Origin: the human T2T-CHM13v2.0 reference genome, Homo sapiens
Strand: one strand, 5' to 3'
Assembly: GCF_009914755.1 (NCBI RefSeq)
Contig: NC_060948.1
Length of the DNA: 64,000 nucleotides
Made by a program: the position numbers and the translations under genes. Every line of letters begins with the position of its first letter. Within the stretch, counting starts at the first letter, position 1. Under the pieces are notes generated by a model. The model worked only from the letters and a program-made list of their open reading frames with translations, had not been told where the DNA came from and ran no database searches. Shown one piece after another: positions 13,081-25,900 of the stretch.

Positions 13081-14040
13081 GAATAAACAATTTAAGAAAT
13101 CTATTTGATAAATCCAGATAATGTTATAGTACCTATATCCTCTAGAGGAATGTTCATCCCGACTAGAGTGACCATTATCACAGTATGCATAGCCTCTAGA
13201 TGGTGGAGCATAATCCCTGGTTTCTTGGGAGCTTGGATGATTTCTGTGTGAGTAAGTTTAAGCAACAAATTTAAAATTTTCAACTTCTACTATCCAACAT
13301 ATAACTAAATTACAACTTAAACACAATTAAATTGCCAAACATCTAAAAAGATATTTCTCCAAATAAAATAGGCAAATGCCCAAAAACACATGGAACAGAT
13401 ACTAATAATCAGTGATTCATAAAATGCATTTCAAATCCAAAATGAGATTCCAGACTTCAAACACACACTAGAATGGCATTACATTTTAAAAAGCAGGAAG
13501 TAGCAAGTGTTTGAGAGTATGTAGATAAATTGGAACCCTAATACAATGTTAGCTGGAATGAATAACTTAAGAAATCTTTTTGACAAGTCCAGAAAAAGTT
13601 ATAGTACCTATATCCTCCAGAGTAATGTTCATCCCAACTAGAATGACCATAATCATGATATGCATAGTCTCTAGATGGTGGAGCATAATCCCTAGTTTCT
13701 CAGGAGCTTGGATGATTTCTGCGTGCATAAGTTTAAGCAACACATTTTAAATTTTCAACTTCTAGTATCCAAAACGTAACTAAGTTGCAACTTAAACAAA
13801 ATTAAAAGGTCCAAAATCTAAATGGATATTTCTTCAAATAAAATAGGCAAATGCCCAAAAAGCACATGAACAGATACTCACAATCAGTGATTCAGAAAAT
13901 GCACTTCAAATCCAAAATGAGATACCATAATTCACACACACACACACACACACACACTGGAATGGCAATAAAAGCAGGAAATAGCAAGTGTTTGACAGGA
14001 TGCAGATAAATTGGAACCCTGATGCAATGCTAGTTGGAAT
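13081..14040 (-). repeat. Tandem duplication (~475 bp unit) of the SRGY-box exon plus intron
   Basis: Two 111-nt SRGY exons 475 bp apart with matching intronic sequence; the unit is single-copy in RBMY copy B (48797-49281). Confidence 0.93.
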
Positions 14041-14560
14041 GGAAAATGATGCAGCTACTATGGAGAAATGTCGTGGTTCCTCAAGAAAACAATATAATTA
14101 TCATACTACCAAGCAATTCCACTCATATACACCCAGAATTGAATACGTGTACTCAAACAAATATTCATGCATAGAAATACTGCGGTGGAAACAACCCAAA
14201 TAAAATAATGAGTTAACAGCTTGTGGAAGGAGTGAAGTGCTATGATGTAAATGAACCTTCAGGACATCATGGAAAAGGAAAGGAGAGAGATACAAAAAGT
14301 CGTGTAGTGTTTGAGCCGATTAACATTAAATGCCCACAACAGTAAGTTCAGAGGCAGAACACTGACTGGTGTTTGCTAGCAGCTGAGGGAAGGGAGAAAA
14401 TGGAAGGAACTGCTTAACTGGTAGTTGGAGTTTTATTTTGGAGTCATGAAAATGTTTTGGAACTCGATGGAGGTAGTTGTTGCATGACATAGAATGTATT
14501 AAATGTCACTTAACTGTTTACCTTATAATAATTAATTTTGTTATGTTTATTTCATCATCA
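13800..14560 (+). mobile_element. Old L1M 3' end within an RBMY intron (paralog at ~49040-49810)
   Basis: aaaagcaggaaatagcaagtgtttgacaggatgcagataaattggaaccc...gaaaatgttttggaactcgatggaggtagttgttgc, L1MB-like motifs. Confidence 0.7.
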
Positions 14561-16136
14561 AAACAAAAATAATCAACTTTTTAAAATTTTTTCCTTTACC
14601 CATCCTTAGTTGCATAACCGTCATCTCTTAGAGACATATGGTCATTTCTCCAGGAAGAGATTGTCTCTCTGAGTGGAGGACCTCCCTAATTCCCTCTTCC
14701 ATATGATACGAGACCTTTAACATTAAAATGTTGGAACATTATGTAAAGAACACCAAATCTGAAACACTATTTTCTCTTCTCTCAAACAACTTTTTAAAAT
14801 TATTTCTTCTATGACTCCATTCTTTGTTTCCTAAATTACTAGACAGTCATGACACTGTGAATATTTCTTATGGCTTTGGAGAATCCCATGGCTCCCACAA
14901 GGCCAGTTCTTCTAATGAAGCTGAAGGCAAACATTAATTCTTAGGTAAAAGTTCATTTGTAATGGTTAAGAACTACTTAGTTACTATTTTCCTTTTCATA
15001 TGAATTACTGATGACTACAAATGACATAGGGAAAACATGTAAAACCACCAAATCTTCACAATTTTAAAGTTTACATACATTGACCTTTCTCAGCTGAGGA
15101 AGGTAAATTTTCCCACATAGTTCAATCTACCTCACAAACACAAATACTGCTACCTTTGAACGACTGCATGCTAATTTTTTACATAAAAGTTCTCCTTTCT
15201 CTCTAAGTGGTTGGCTCTATCTTAAATGTTGACAAATTAAAATGTACTAGTGAAAACTTTCTAATGATAGCCAAGATTTACTTTTACTGCAATAAACAAC
15301 ACTATTAAAGGGGTCATTACAACATGGTTGCTATTTCAAAATAGAAAAAATTATCCTTTAATATACTCTTCACAGTGCTATTCCTTAAAGGTCAGCCTTT
15401 CACCTATGATATGTTCACTAGCTAATTTTCCAATGGAAATGTGTTGGCTTGGGTATCCTGAAGTCAATAAATACCTGACTTCACCAATACTCTACTTATG
15501 AAATGTAAAATTGAAAATGTCAGTTTTTAATTTCCTCCATATTAGGATGGAGGACTAAGTAAGAATTTTAATTTGTTCTGCTTACTTTCTTTGCTGAAAA
15601 CTTCTGTTTCTTGTCTTGCTTTCTTCTGTTCAGTCTGCAATCTTACAATTGTCCTTCTCAAAAATATTACTTCTATTCAATCCTACTGCTCACATCATGT
15701 TGCTTAGTACTACATTCTCTCCTCAAATAATTTCCAACCTTACACTAAGGATATTGTGTTAATGTTTAAACATCCTAGAACAATCTTAATTATTGATTTA
15801 CAGTTCAGCTAATAACTCGATTTGAAAATTACATGGATTTTGTTATTTAGGGGAAGATCTTAAATCCCTTACAAGACCTCTTGCAGCCACGTCGCCCGTT
15901 GTTTCTACCTTGAAACTTCTTTTTTTATTTCTGGGCCCAAAATATTTGCCCAGATTTGCTCATGGCTGCTTCCTCCCCAGTGTTCCAAAGTCATCCAAAA
16001 TTCCTTAAACTCTTTATTCACCTTGAAAATCTAAGAACCTCCTTTATTGGCCTTCTCAACATTTATGTGCACATAACATTCCTATTTATTTTTACACAAC
16101 AAAATATGTGAGATTAAGTAGTTTAGAAATAACATT

Positions 16137-16410
16137 GGCTGGGTGTGGTGTCTCACACCAGTAATCCCAACACTTTGGGAGGCCGAGGCAGGTGGTTCAT
16201 GAGATGAAGAGATAGAGACCATCCTGGCCAACAGGGTGAAACCCTCTCTCGCTCAAAGTAGCAAAATTAGGTGGGCATGGTGGCGTGGCCTGTAGGCAGG
16301 AGAATCAGTTGAACCCAGGAGGCAGAGGTTGCAGTGAGCCAAGATCAACCCACTGCAATCCAGCCTGTTGACACAGTGAGACGCCATTTTAAAAAACAAA
16401 CAGACAAAAA
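16137..16410 (+). mobile_element. Alu (internally deleted)
   Basis: ggctgggtgtggtgtctcac...gaggccgaggcaggtgg...gaggcagaggttgcagtgagccaagatc. Confidence 0.9.
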
Positions 16411-16841
16411 CTCTACACAAATTACCTGCTCTTTTGCTTGAAAACTAGGGGGAGAAAGGAAATTATCATAGATTACTATACAGAAGTCAAAATTATCTCC
16501 AGAGTTACCACAAAGCCATGAACCAAAAGCTACTCTTGGTTTCTACCACAGCTTGAAATACTAATTTATAAGAGTGAATAAAAATGTACTTTCTGCTATG
16601 TGCCAGGAAATGTGCTAGATGTAACAGAAATAAAAGCAACTAGGAAGACTTAAATATGCACTATATACAATTTCACAATCAATAGATTAATACATGGTAC
16701 AGCAAGTACAAAATACCTACAATACGCAATGAGGAAGAAAATATGAAATCTAAGTGGTTTTTGAAGCATAAATTGTTATTTTTGAGACACACACAGGGAA
16801 GGATAATTCTTAAGAAGTCCAAAAAAGCATTTTGGGGATAG

Positions 16842-17351
<510 letters not shown>

Positions 17352-18142
17352 GATTAGGATCATGTTATAAAGCAAAAAAGTTCTAAAGGGCCCAGAATGG
17401 AATGAACTTGACACAATGTAAAGGAATTCAAGAGTTAACAGAATTACATAAAAGTTTAAAGCTTTAGTAAATACACAATCCCTAGATTTAAGACTCAATA
17501 GGACAAGAGACCAATGTTTGGATCAAAACAAATCCTCAAACACACTGGGGAAATGAGTAATTAGGTATTCATGTTACATACATCACTCTGGTGACAGGAA
17601 AAAAACGTCCTTAGGAGAAAAGAGCAAGGATGGGGAAAAAATGCCAGTTACTTCTTGTGTTATCCAACTTCAATGTTCTCCTATTTTTTTCTATTTTCAA
17701 GTACTTAACACTTCCTTAAATGTAAAGGTCTTATTTAAACCCACTTTCTCAAAAATATATTTTCAGAAAACGGGAGAGAATCTTTCCTTCTTGTGAGTCT
17801 GTCTAGATGTCTATCCACAGTTTTTCTGTGCTCTAGAAGTATTTCCATGAATTGGAAGTAATTGCATTAATGGCATGTAATAAATGTTGACTTATTCCTT
17901 TCATTTACATGAGGGTCCCTTATAAGTTTTAAAGCTCTTCAAAACCTTTGAAGATCTATTTACACTTATATTGAAATACAAACATAGAAAAAGTTTACCA
18001 TATATTAATTTATATAAGGTTAATTCCAATACCCTTCCAACTACAGTTGAATGTATATGGCACAAAGAAGAGGATGTCTTCATATGGCACTCTACTATCT
18101 TCAAAAGTTACATAATTCTAAAAAGACCTAGAAATACTGTTA

Positions 18143-18346
<204 letters not shown>

Positions 18347-18730
18347 CTAAAAGTTACATCAAATCAAAAATAATTGCATTTCACATCACTAGTATTATAC
18401 TTGATACTGGTCACCCCTATAGTTAGCCTATTTTGTTCCAGTTTGTTCCCTAACTCCACAACACGTTTAGTTTTCCTTATTTTCGTTTCTAAGTAGTAGG
18501 TGATCCTTACCACAGATCCTTAACCTGCTACTATGAGAATTTTCCAAATATCAAATAGATAACCCCAAAATAAGAGTTTAAAAACAATAAGGCATTTTAA
18601 TGTAGGTATACAATGAACTTTGAAAAACATGTTTTTTCAAAACATATATATAACAGACATATTTTAAATATACATATTGAAATATACATATGAAAATACA
18701 CACACACACACACACGCACACACGGTTTTA

Positions 18731-18898
<168 letters not shown>

Positions 18899-18992
18899 CT
18901 AAAAATATAAAAATTTATTACATACCATGTTGAAAACTCAAGTGAAATTCCCTTTCAGAGGCTGACATCTTTTTAGTACTTCTTACTTTAAA

Positions 18993-20190
18993 TACAAACA
19001 TCAATTCAAGATGGATTAAAGACTTAAACGTTAGACCTAAAACCATGAAAACCCTAGAAGAAAACCTAGGCAATACCATTCAGGACATAGGCATGGGCAA
19101 GGACTTCATGTCTAAAACACCAAAAGCAATGGCAACACAAGACAAAATTGACAAATGGGATCTAATTAAACTAAAGAGCTTCTGTACAGCAAAAGAAACT
19201 ACCATCAGAATGAACAAGCACCCTACAAAATGGGAGAAAATTTTTGCAACCTAGTCATCCGACAAACGGCTAATATCCAGAATCTACAATGAACTCAAAC
19301 ACATTTACAAGAAAAAAACAGACAACCCCATCAAAAAGTGGTCAAAGGACATGAACAGACAGTTCTCAAAAGAAGACATTTATGCAGCCAAAAAACACAT
19401 GAGAAAATGCTCATCATCACTGGCCATCAGAGAAATGCAAATCAAAACCACAATGAGATACCATCTCACACCATTAGAATGGCAATCATTAAAAAGTCAG
19501 GAAACAACAGGTGCTGGACAGGATGTGGAGAAATAGCAACACTTTTACACTGTTGGTGGGACTGTAAACTAGTTCAACCATTGTGGAAGTCAGTGTGGCG
19601 ATTCCTCAGGGATCTAGAACTAGAAATACCATTTGACCCAGCCATCCCATTACTAGGTATATACCCAAAGGACTATAAATCATGCTGCTATAAAGACACA
19701 TGCACATGTATGTTTATTGTGGCACTATTCACAATAGCAAAGACTTGGAACCAACACAAATGTCCAACAATGATAGCGTGGATAAAGAAAATGTGGCACA
19801 TATACACCATGGAATACTATGCAGCCAAAAAAAATGATGAGTTCATGTCCTTTGTAGGGACATGGATGAAATTGGAAGTCATCATTCTCAGTAAACTATC
19901 GCAAGAACAAAAAATCAAACACCGCATATTCTCACTCATAGGTGGGAACTGAACAATGAGATCACATGGACACAGGAAGGGGAACATCACATTCTGGGGA
20001 CTGTTGTGGGGTAGGGGGAGGGAGGAGGGATAGCATTGGGAGATATACCTAATGCTAGATGACCAGTTAGTGGGTGCAGCGCGCCAGCGTGGCACATGTA
20101 TGCATATGTAACTAACCTGCACAATGTGCACATGTACCCTAAAACTTAAAGTATAATAATAAAAGGAAAAAAAAGAAAAAAAATAAATAA
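18993..20190 (+). mobile_element. Young 5'-truncated L1PA (L1PA2/3-like) inserted in RBMY intron 1
   Basis: ORF2 C-terminus ([30 protein letters not shown]...[50 protein letters not shown]), 3'UTR gggagatatacctaatgctagatgaccagttagtgggtgcagc, and poly-A. The element starts ~150 bp upstream of the exon 2 acceptor. Confidence 0.96.
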
Positions 20191-20404
20191 ATATGTAAAA
20201 TTTCTAACATACAGAGCAAAAGGGGCACTGACTTCACAGATAAATGCTGCATTTTAATATGGACCTGACAAAATCTCATTTCTAAAACTTAGATAAGAAA
20301 AGCTATTGTAATTTTCCTAAGTTGTAATGTGAAGGAGTGCCCCATTTAAATAATTTTATTTGAAAACTATATATTTATGAGGTACAGTGTGAGGTTTTGT
20401 GTAT

Positions 20405-20680
20405 TTTCTTTCTTGAGATGTATATCCCCTGTTGCCAAAATGCACTGCTCATTGCCACCTCCTCCACCCAGCCTCAAATGATCTTCCCAAAACTCAGCTT
20501 CCCAAGTAGCTGGTACTACCAGGGCTTTTTACCAGAGCTGGGAAATTTTTTGTGTTTTTTTTAAATAGACATGCGTTTCCCCATATTGCCCAAGCCAGTC
20601 TCCAAATCCTGGGTTCAAGTGATTTGCTGGCTTGGGACTATTAGAGTGATGGCATTTCAAGGGTGAACCACCACGCCCAG
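20405..20680 (-). mobile_element. Degenerate Alu
   Basis: cagcttcccaagtagctggtactacc...ccatattgcccaagccagtctccaaatcctggg...gtgaaccaccacgcccagc. Confidence 0.75.
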
Positions 20681-21169
20681 CGGGATATGTGGATAAAAGA
20701 TTAAATCAAGCAAATTAAAATGTTCTAGGAGGAGAACATTTTAAATATTTTACCATCTTTAAGTGATTTGAAATATACAATAGGTCAAGGATCCCTGAAT
20801 CCTGGCCTTCAACCCGTACCTATCTGTGGCCTGAATGTGATGCCGGAGGATGACCTGCAATACCTGTCTGTGGAGAATGTAACGCCTGAGGATGACCTGA
20901 GGTGGTACAGTTTTATCCGGAAACCATCCTCCCTACTCCCTCGCTGGCCCTCCCTGTCCCCGTGACAGCCTCACTGCCCCACCTGGCCTCTGTCACATTG
21001 CTCCTACCGGAAGACCCGCCCCACCACGTGCCCCTCGGAGACCTGCCGCCAGCCCCCACTCCCAAACCTGTCCACCTCGCCGCCTTCTTCCCCTGCGCAA
21101 CCTTTCTCTGAGGAAAAACTGACTTCCACTAAACCAGTCCCTGATGCGAAAATAGCAATGAAAGAGTCC

Positions 21170-21270
21170 ATTACGTTACCCAGGCTGGTCTCAAACTCCT
21201 GACTTCAAGCCATCCTCCGACCTCCACTTCCCAAAATGCTAGGACTACAGGAGTAAGGCAGTGTGCCAGG
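21170..21270 (-). mobile_element. Alu fragment
   Basis: cgttacccaggctggtctcaaactcctgacttcaagccatcctcc...cccaaaatgctaggactacagg. Confidence 0.8.
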
Positions 21271-21929
21271 TTAACAGAATAACTTAAGCGCATCTATTTT
21301 GTTCCAGTTTTCGGCTATCTAACACCATTTATCTGGATTACACCTACTTATTCGGTTTAAATTATTTATGGTGCCAAAGACACATGAAACATGTTTCAAA
21401 TACTGTCATACAACGAAGGAGACAATTACAGGCTTTACAGAGGCAAACTGAAACTCAGATTATTTACGGCCCCAGACTTCTACATAAACTAACGTAATAC
21501 AATTTATGTCAAAATTTGGTAATTCCCGTCAAGCAAATCAGACATGTGACATGCGCTGACTAAAAGTATAAGTTTTTAATAGCCTTGGTTAAATATATTG
21601 CCTGTATTTTGAATGATGACCACATTCACAGAGAAAACCCTGTTTAATAAAAAGTGCACATGGCGCCTTAGCACCATCTCCCACAACTTGCCCACATGTC
21701 GGACATATCCGACAGTTAAAGGTAGAATCCTCAAGAAAATTAATGAGTTTAACAAAAATGAGTTTCTTAATAGCACTAAGGAGTTCTCTCCCCACTGTCT
21801 CCTCCTATAATTCAACACCCTCACATGGAAAACCCATCCCCTTTTACAGATAAAATCGCAAAACTTTTCTGTTCTTATCAAGAGACCAACCTGTCCAGAG
21901 AAACAGAAAATACACGTGCTTTTCAGCAG

Positions 21930-22990
21930 GACAAACAGCCTCAGGGTCGCCCGGCTCTCATGTCGTATGCATCCGGCTTTGGGACACCACGGGGCCAACT
22001 GCGGGAAGGACTGCTGGAACTGGCCTGAGGGGGAAGGACGCCAGAAGCCGTGCCCGGAAATCCCGCCTACCTCCAGCGGCCAATCATTGCGAGGGCGGGG
22101 GGCGTCGACCAGTTATTGCGAGGACTGTAGGCGTCTTACGAGGCACCCTGCCCCTAGTTGGCAGGCAGCTCCATCCTCCCGCGGTAAGCCTCCTCTGAGA
22201 AGCTGCTTGTGCCTGGCGGCGGAGGATTCCGACACACGCGGACTGTAAGCCCTTTGGCATTGTGGGCATAGAAGACCTACACCCTAACTGGCATCCTGAG
22301 TGTGGCAAGACATTAACCCACAGGGAACATATGAAACATCTTACTTCATTAGGCAGGTTAGGCTGATGGTACTAAATACTGCAGATCCAGAGGGGAGAGT
22401 GAAGAACCAGGCGAGGACGCCGCAGCTGCGGTGGCTTGGAGGGGAGTGGGGCAGGGCGGGTGCCTGGGAGAAAAGTCGACGGGTAAGTTGCTGGGGTGGA
22501 ATTCGTCTGCACCAGAAGCTGAAACCCCACAAGGACTCTATCAGGTCTAGGCAAACACAGACTCCGAGTTCCATGCTTCCTCCCTGAGGATGCTGTACTC
22601 ACAGGGGCGTTCCAAAGGACCTCTCATCCTGTGCCCCTGGGCACACGGGAGGCCAGCCGCCATGGTTGCCAATGCGATAACCCGTGTGCACTGCCTCGCT
22701 GGCACAGATCCTCCCGCAAGCGCCGCAGTGGCCGTCGTGCCTGCCAGTGAGGCTCTGGAAGCCCAGGGCCTCGGCCTCCGACTCCAGGGCTACTGTGTAC
22801 AGCTAACCCTGCTGGGTATCTGGGCCCCATGGTGAGTGTGGCGGACTGTGGGCCCTGCGGGGCTCCCCAGGAACCCTGTATCCACGTGGGTGTGGCACAT
22901 GTTTCTCAGAAGGGCAAGGCCCAGGGGCCCTTCCGGGAGCTTCCTCTAGAGTCTAGGGGTGCCAAGGACATGAGATGGGCAGTGTAGGCC
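21930..22990. promoter_or_regulatory. CpG-rich divergent promoter region between RBMY copy A (-) and the TSPY pseudogene (+)
   Basis: GC/CpG-rich, with CCAAT (~22080) and GC boxes (gggcgg ~22093, ~22455). It lies between RBMY exon 1 and TSPY exon 1 on opposite strands. Confidence 0.6.
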
Positions 22991-25900
22991 TTAGTCTGTG
23001 GGAGCCTCAAGGAGGGCACCATGTTAAGGGGGAGGTGCTGCAGGAAAGGGCAGCCTGTGCGCAGAGCAGGGAGGCAACCCTGGGGGAGGAGGCATGCTAG
23101 TGGCTAGTGGGGGATGACATCATGGCAGAGATAGAGGTGGTGGCCAAGGAGGAGGCCAATGTGGAGCGGCAGCAGGAGGACCCGCAGGCACAGCCTGGCC
23201 CTGGCCCCAGGACGCCCCGGCCAGCAACCAACTCGCTGGACGTCCTTCACTTGGAGCTGGGCTCCAGTGAATGTCCCAGGCCGCAGGGCATCCACGGCTT
23301 CTGGGTCAGAGCCATATCCTTGCAGCTGCCAATTCGGGATGGCTGACAGGTGGGTGGGCGCCGAGCTCCCAGGAGCGGGGTTGGGGGAAACAAGGTGGTA
23401 GGCACCGGGGCTCAGCCAGGATTCAGGACATGGGGGACAACGAGGGGAACCAAGGACAGATTCATGCAGATAGAAGGGCAGCTTAATTGCGGGCACCCTG
23501 AGGGCACGTTATAGGGACAGAAAGCCAAGCACAGCACTCACAAGGGAGAATAGCACCTCAAAGGACCCTTCATAAACAGCAGAAAGTTGAAGGACACATT
23601 TCACTGGGAAAATCCCTGGAGGAAGGGGAATCTGCGCGCCCAGGCCAGCCATGGAAATACCCCTGCTCCCGGTACCTGTGTCCAGCAGGCTTATCCTAGA
23701 AACACAAGGTGCTCAATACTCGGGTTCACCGTGCACGGGGCTGCTGTCCTCTGCAAGGCAGGCACCAGCTCCTCAGACACGATTTCTTCCCTCTGCCAGT
23801 GCTGCATCCAAGGATGTTTAGGCCATGAGCATATACAACCTCCCATGAAACCACTAGAGTCTCATGGAGAGAGTCAGGCACAGCCCTGCAGCTACTTCTA
23901 TTCACAGCGGTTCCCTCGGGTGGACACGCCCACCCCTCAGTGAGACCAAGAGAAGAGGACACCGCACACACGGACAGCAGCAGAGCCTGTCCAGCACCCA
24001 GCACATGAGGGCCTCCCACAGCTCAGGAACCCTGAGCAAGTAGCTGCCTCACACCACAACACCCCGCCGGCAATCCCCTCCCCACTTTTTCTGTGCCTGT
24101 CCCTGGTCAGAGCAGGCTGTCTTGGCCTGCCTCCACCCGCCGCCAAGACCACCACAGCTGCGAAGGTGCCCGCCAACACCAGACAGAGGACCAGGAAGGG
24201 AGGGTGCCAGACCAAAGGCCTGCGGGGTAGCCCTGCCCCACACTCTCCGTGCTCTTGCAAAGTTGCAGGGTGTTTCCCTGTGAGAGGTGACAGCGTGCTG
24301 GCAGTCCTCACAGCCCTCGCTCGCTCTCCGTGCCTCCTCTGCCTGGGCTCCCACTTTGGCGGCACTTGAGGAGCCCTTCGGCCCACCACTGCACTGTGGG
24401 AGCCCCTTTCTGGGCTGGCCAAGGCCGTAGCCGGCTCCCTCAGCTTGCAGGGAGGTATGGAGGGAGAGGCGCGAGTGGGAACCCGGGCTGCGCGCGGCGC
24501 TTGCGGGCCAGCTGGAGTTCCAGGTGGGCGTGGGCTTGGCGGGCCCTGCCCTCAGAGCAGCCTGCCGGCCCTGCCAGCCGCGTGCAATGAGGGGCTTAGC
24601 ACCCGGGCCAGTGGCTGCGGAGGGTGTACTGGGTCCTCCAGCAGTACCAGCCCACCGGCGCTGTGCTCAATTTCTCGCCGGGCCTTAGCTGCCTTTCCGC
24701 GGGGCAGGGGTCCGTAACTGCAGCCCTCCATGCCTGAGCCCCCCACCCCCTCCGTGGGCTCCTGTGCGGCCCGAGCCTCCCTCAGGAGCGCCGCCCCCTA
24801 CTCCACGGCGCCCAGTCTCATCGACCACCCAAGGTCTGAGGAGTGCAAGCGCATGGCGTGGGACTGGTAGGCAGCTCCACCTGCAGCCCCAGTGCGCGAT
24901 CCACTGGGTGAAGCCAGCTAGTCTCCTGAGTCTGGTGGGGACATGGAGAACCTTTATATATAGCTCAGGGATTGTAAATACACCAATCGGCACTCTGTAT
25001 CTAACTCAAGGTTTGTACACACACCAATCAGCACCCTGTGTCTAGCTCAGGGTTTGTGAGTGCACCAACTGACACTCTGTATCTAGCTGCTCTGGTGGGG
25101 CCTTGGAGAACCTTTATGTCTAGCTGAGGGATTGTAAATACACCAATTGGCACTCTGTATCTAGCTCAAGGTTTGTAAACACACCAATCAGCACCCTGTG
25201 TTTAGCTCAAGGTTTGTGAATGCAGCAATCAACACTCTGTATCTAGCTACTCTGGTGGGGACTTGGAGAACCTTTGTGTCCATACTCTGTATCTAACTAA
25301 TCTGATGGGGACATGGAGAACTTTTGTATCTAGCTCAGGGATTGTAAACGCACCAATCAGTGCTCTGTCAAAACACACCCCTCGGCTCTACCAATCAGCA
25401 GGATGTGGGTTGGGTCAGATAAGAGAATAAAAGCAGGCTGCCCGAGCCAGCATTGGCAACCCCCTCAGGTCCCTTTCCACACTGTGGCAGCTTTGTTCTT
25501 TCATTCTTTGCAATAAATCTTGCTACTGCTCACTCTTTGGGTCCACACTTGCTTTTATGAGCTGTAACACTCACCGCGAAGGTCTGCAGCTTCACTCCTG
25601 AGCCAGCGAGACCACGAAGCCACTAGAAGGAAGAAACTCCGAACACATCCGAACATCAGAAGGAACAAACTCCAGACGCGCCACCTTAAGAGCTGTAACA
25701 CTTACCGTGAGGGTCCGCGGCTTCATTCTTGAAGTCAGTGAGACCAAGAACCCACCAATTCTGGACACACCTGCACGCTCACCAAATCATCTGGTGGCTC
25801 CTTGACCAGAGGCAGATTGTGCGTCACACCCAGGTGTTGGTTGGCCGGGATCACAAACGATGATGAAGTCAGTCCTGCTAAGCTACATGATAGATTTGCA

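Noticed and set aside
19045-19952. Long ORFs of up to 204 aa
   Set aside because: C-terminal fragments of L1 ORF2 with stops and frameshifts, not a host gene.
24960-25400. Regularly spaced ~40 bp repeats resembling a CRISPR-like array
   Set aside because: These are the known CCAAT-containing tandem enhancer repeats of LTR12 U3. There are no unique spacers and the context is eukaryotic.
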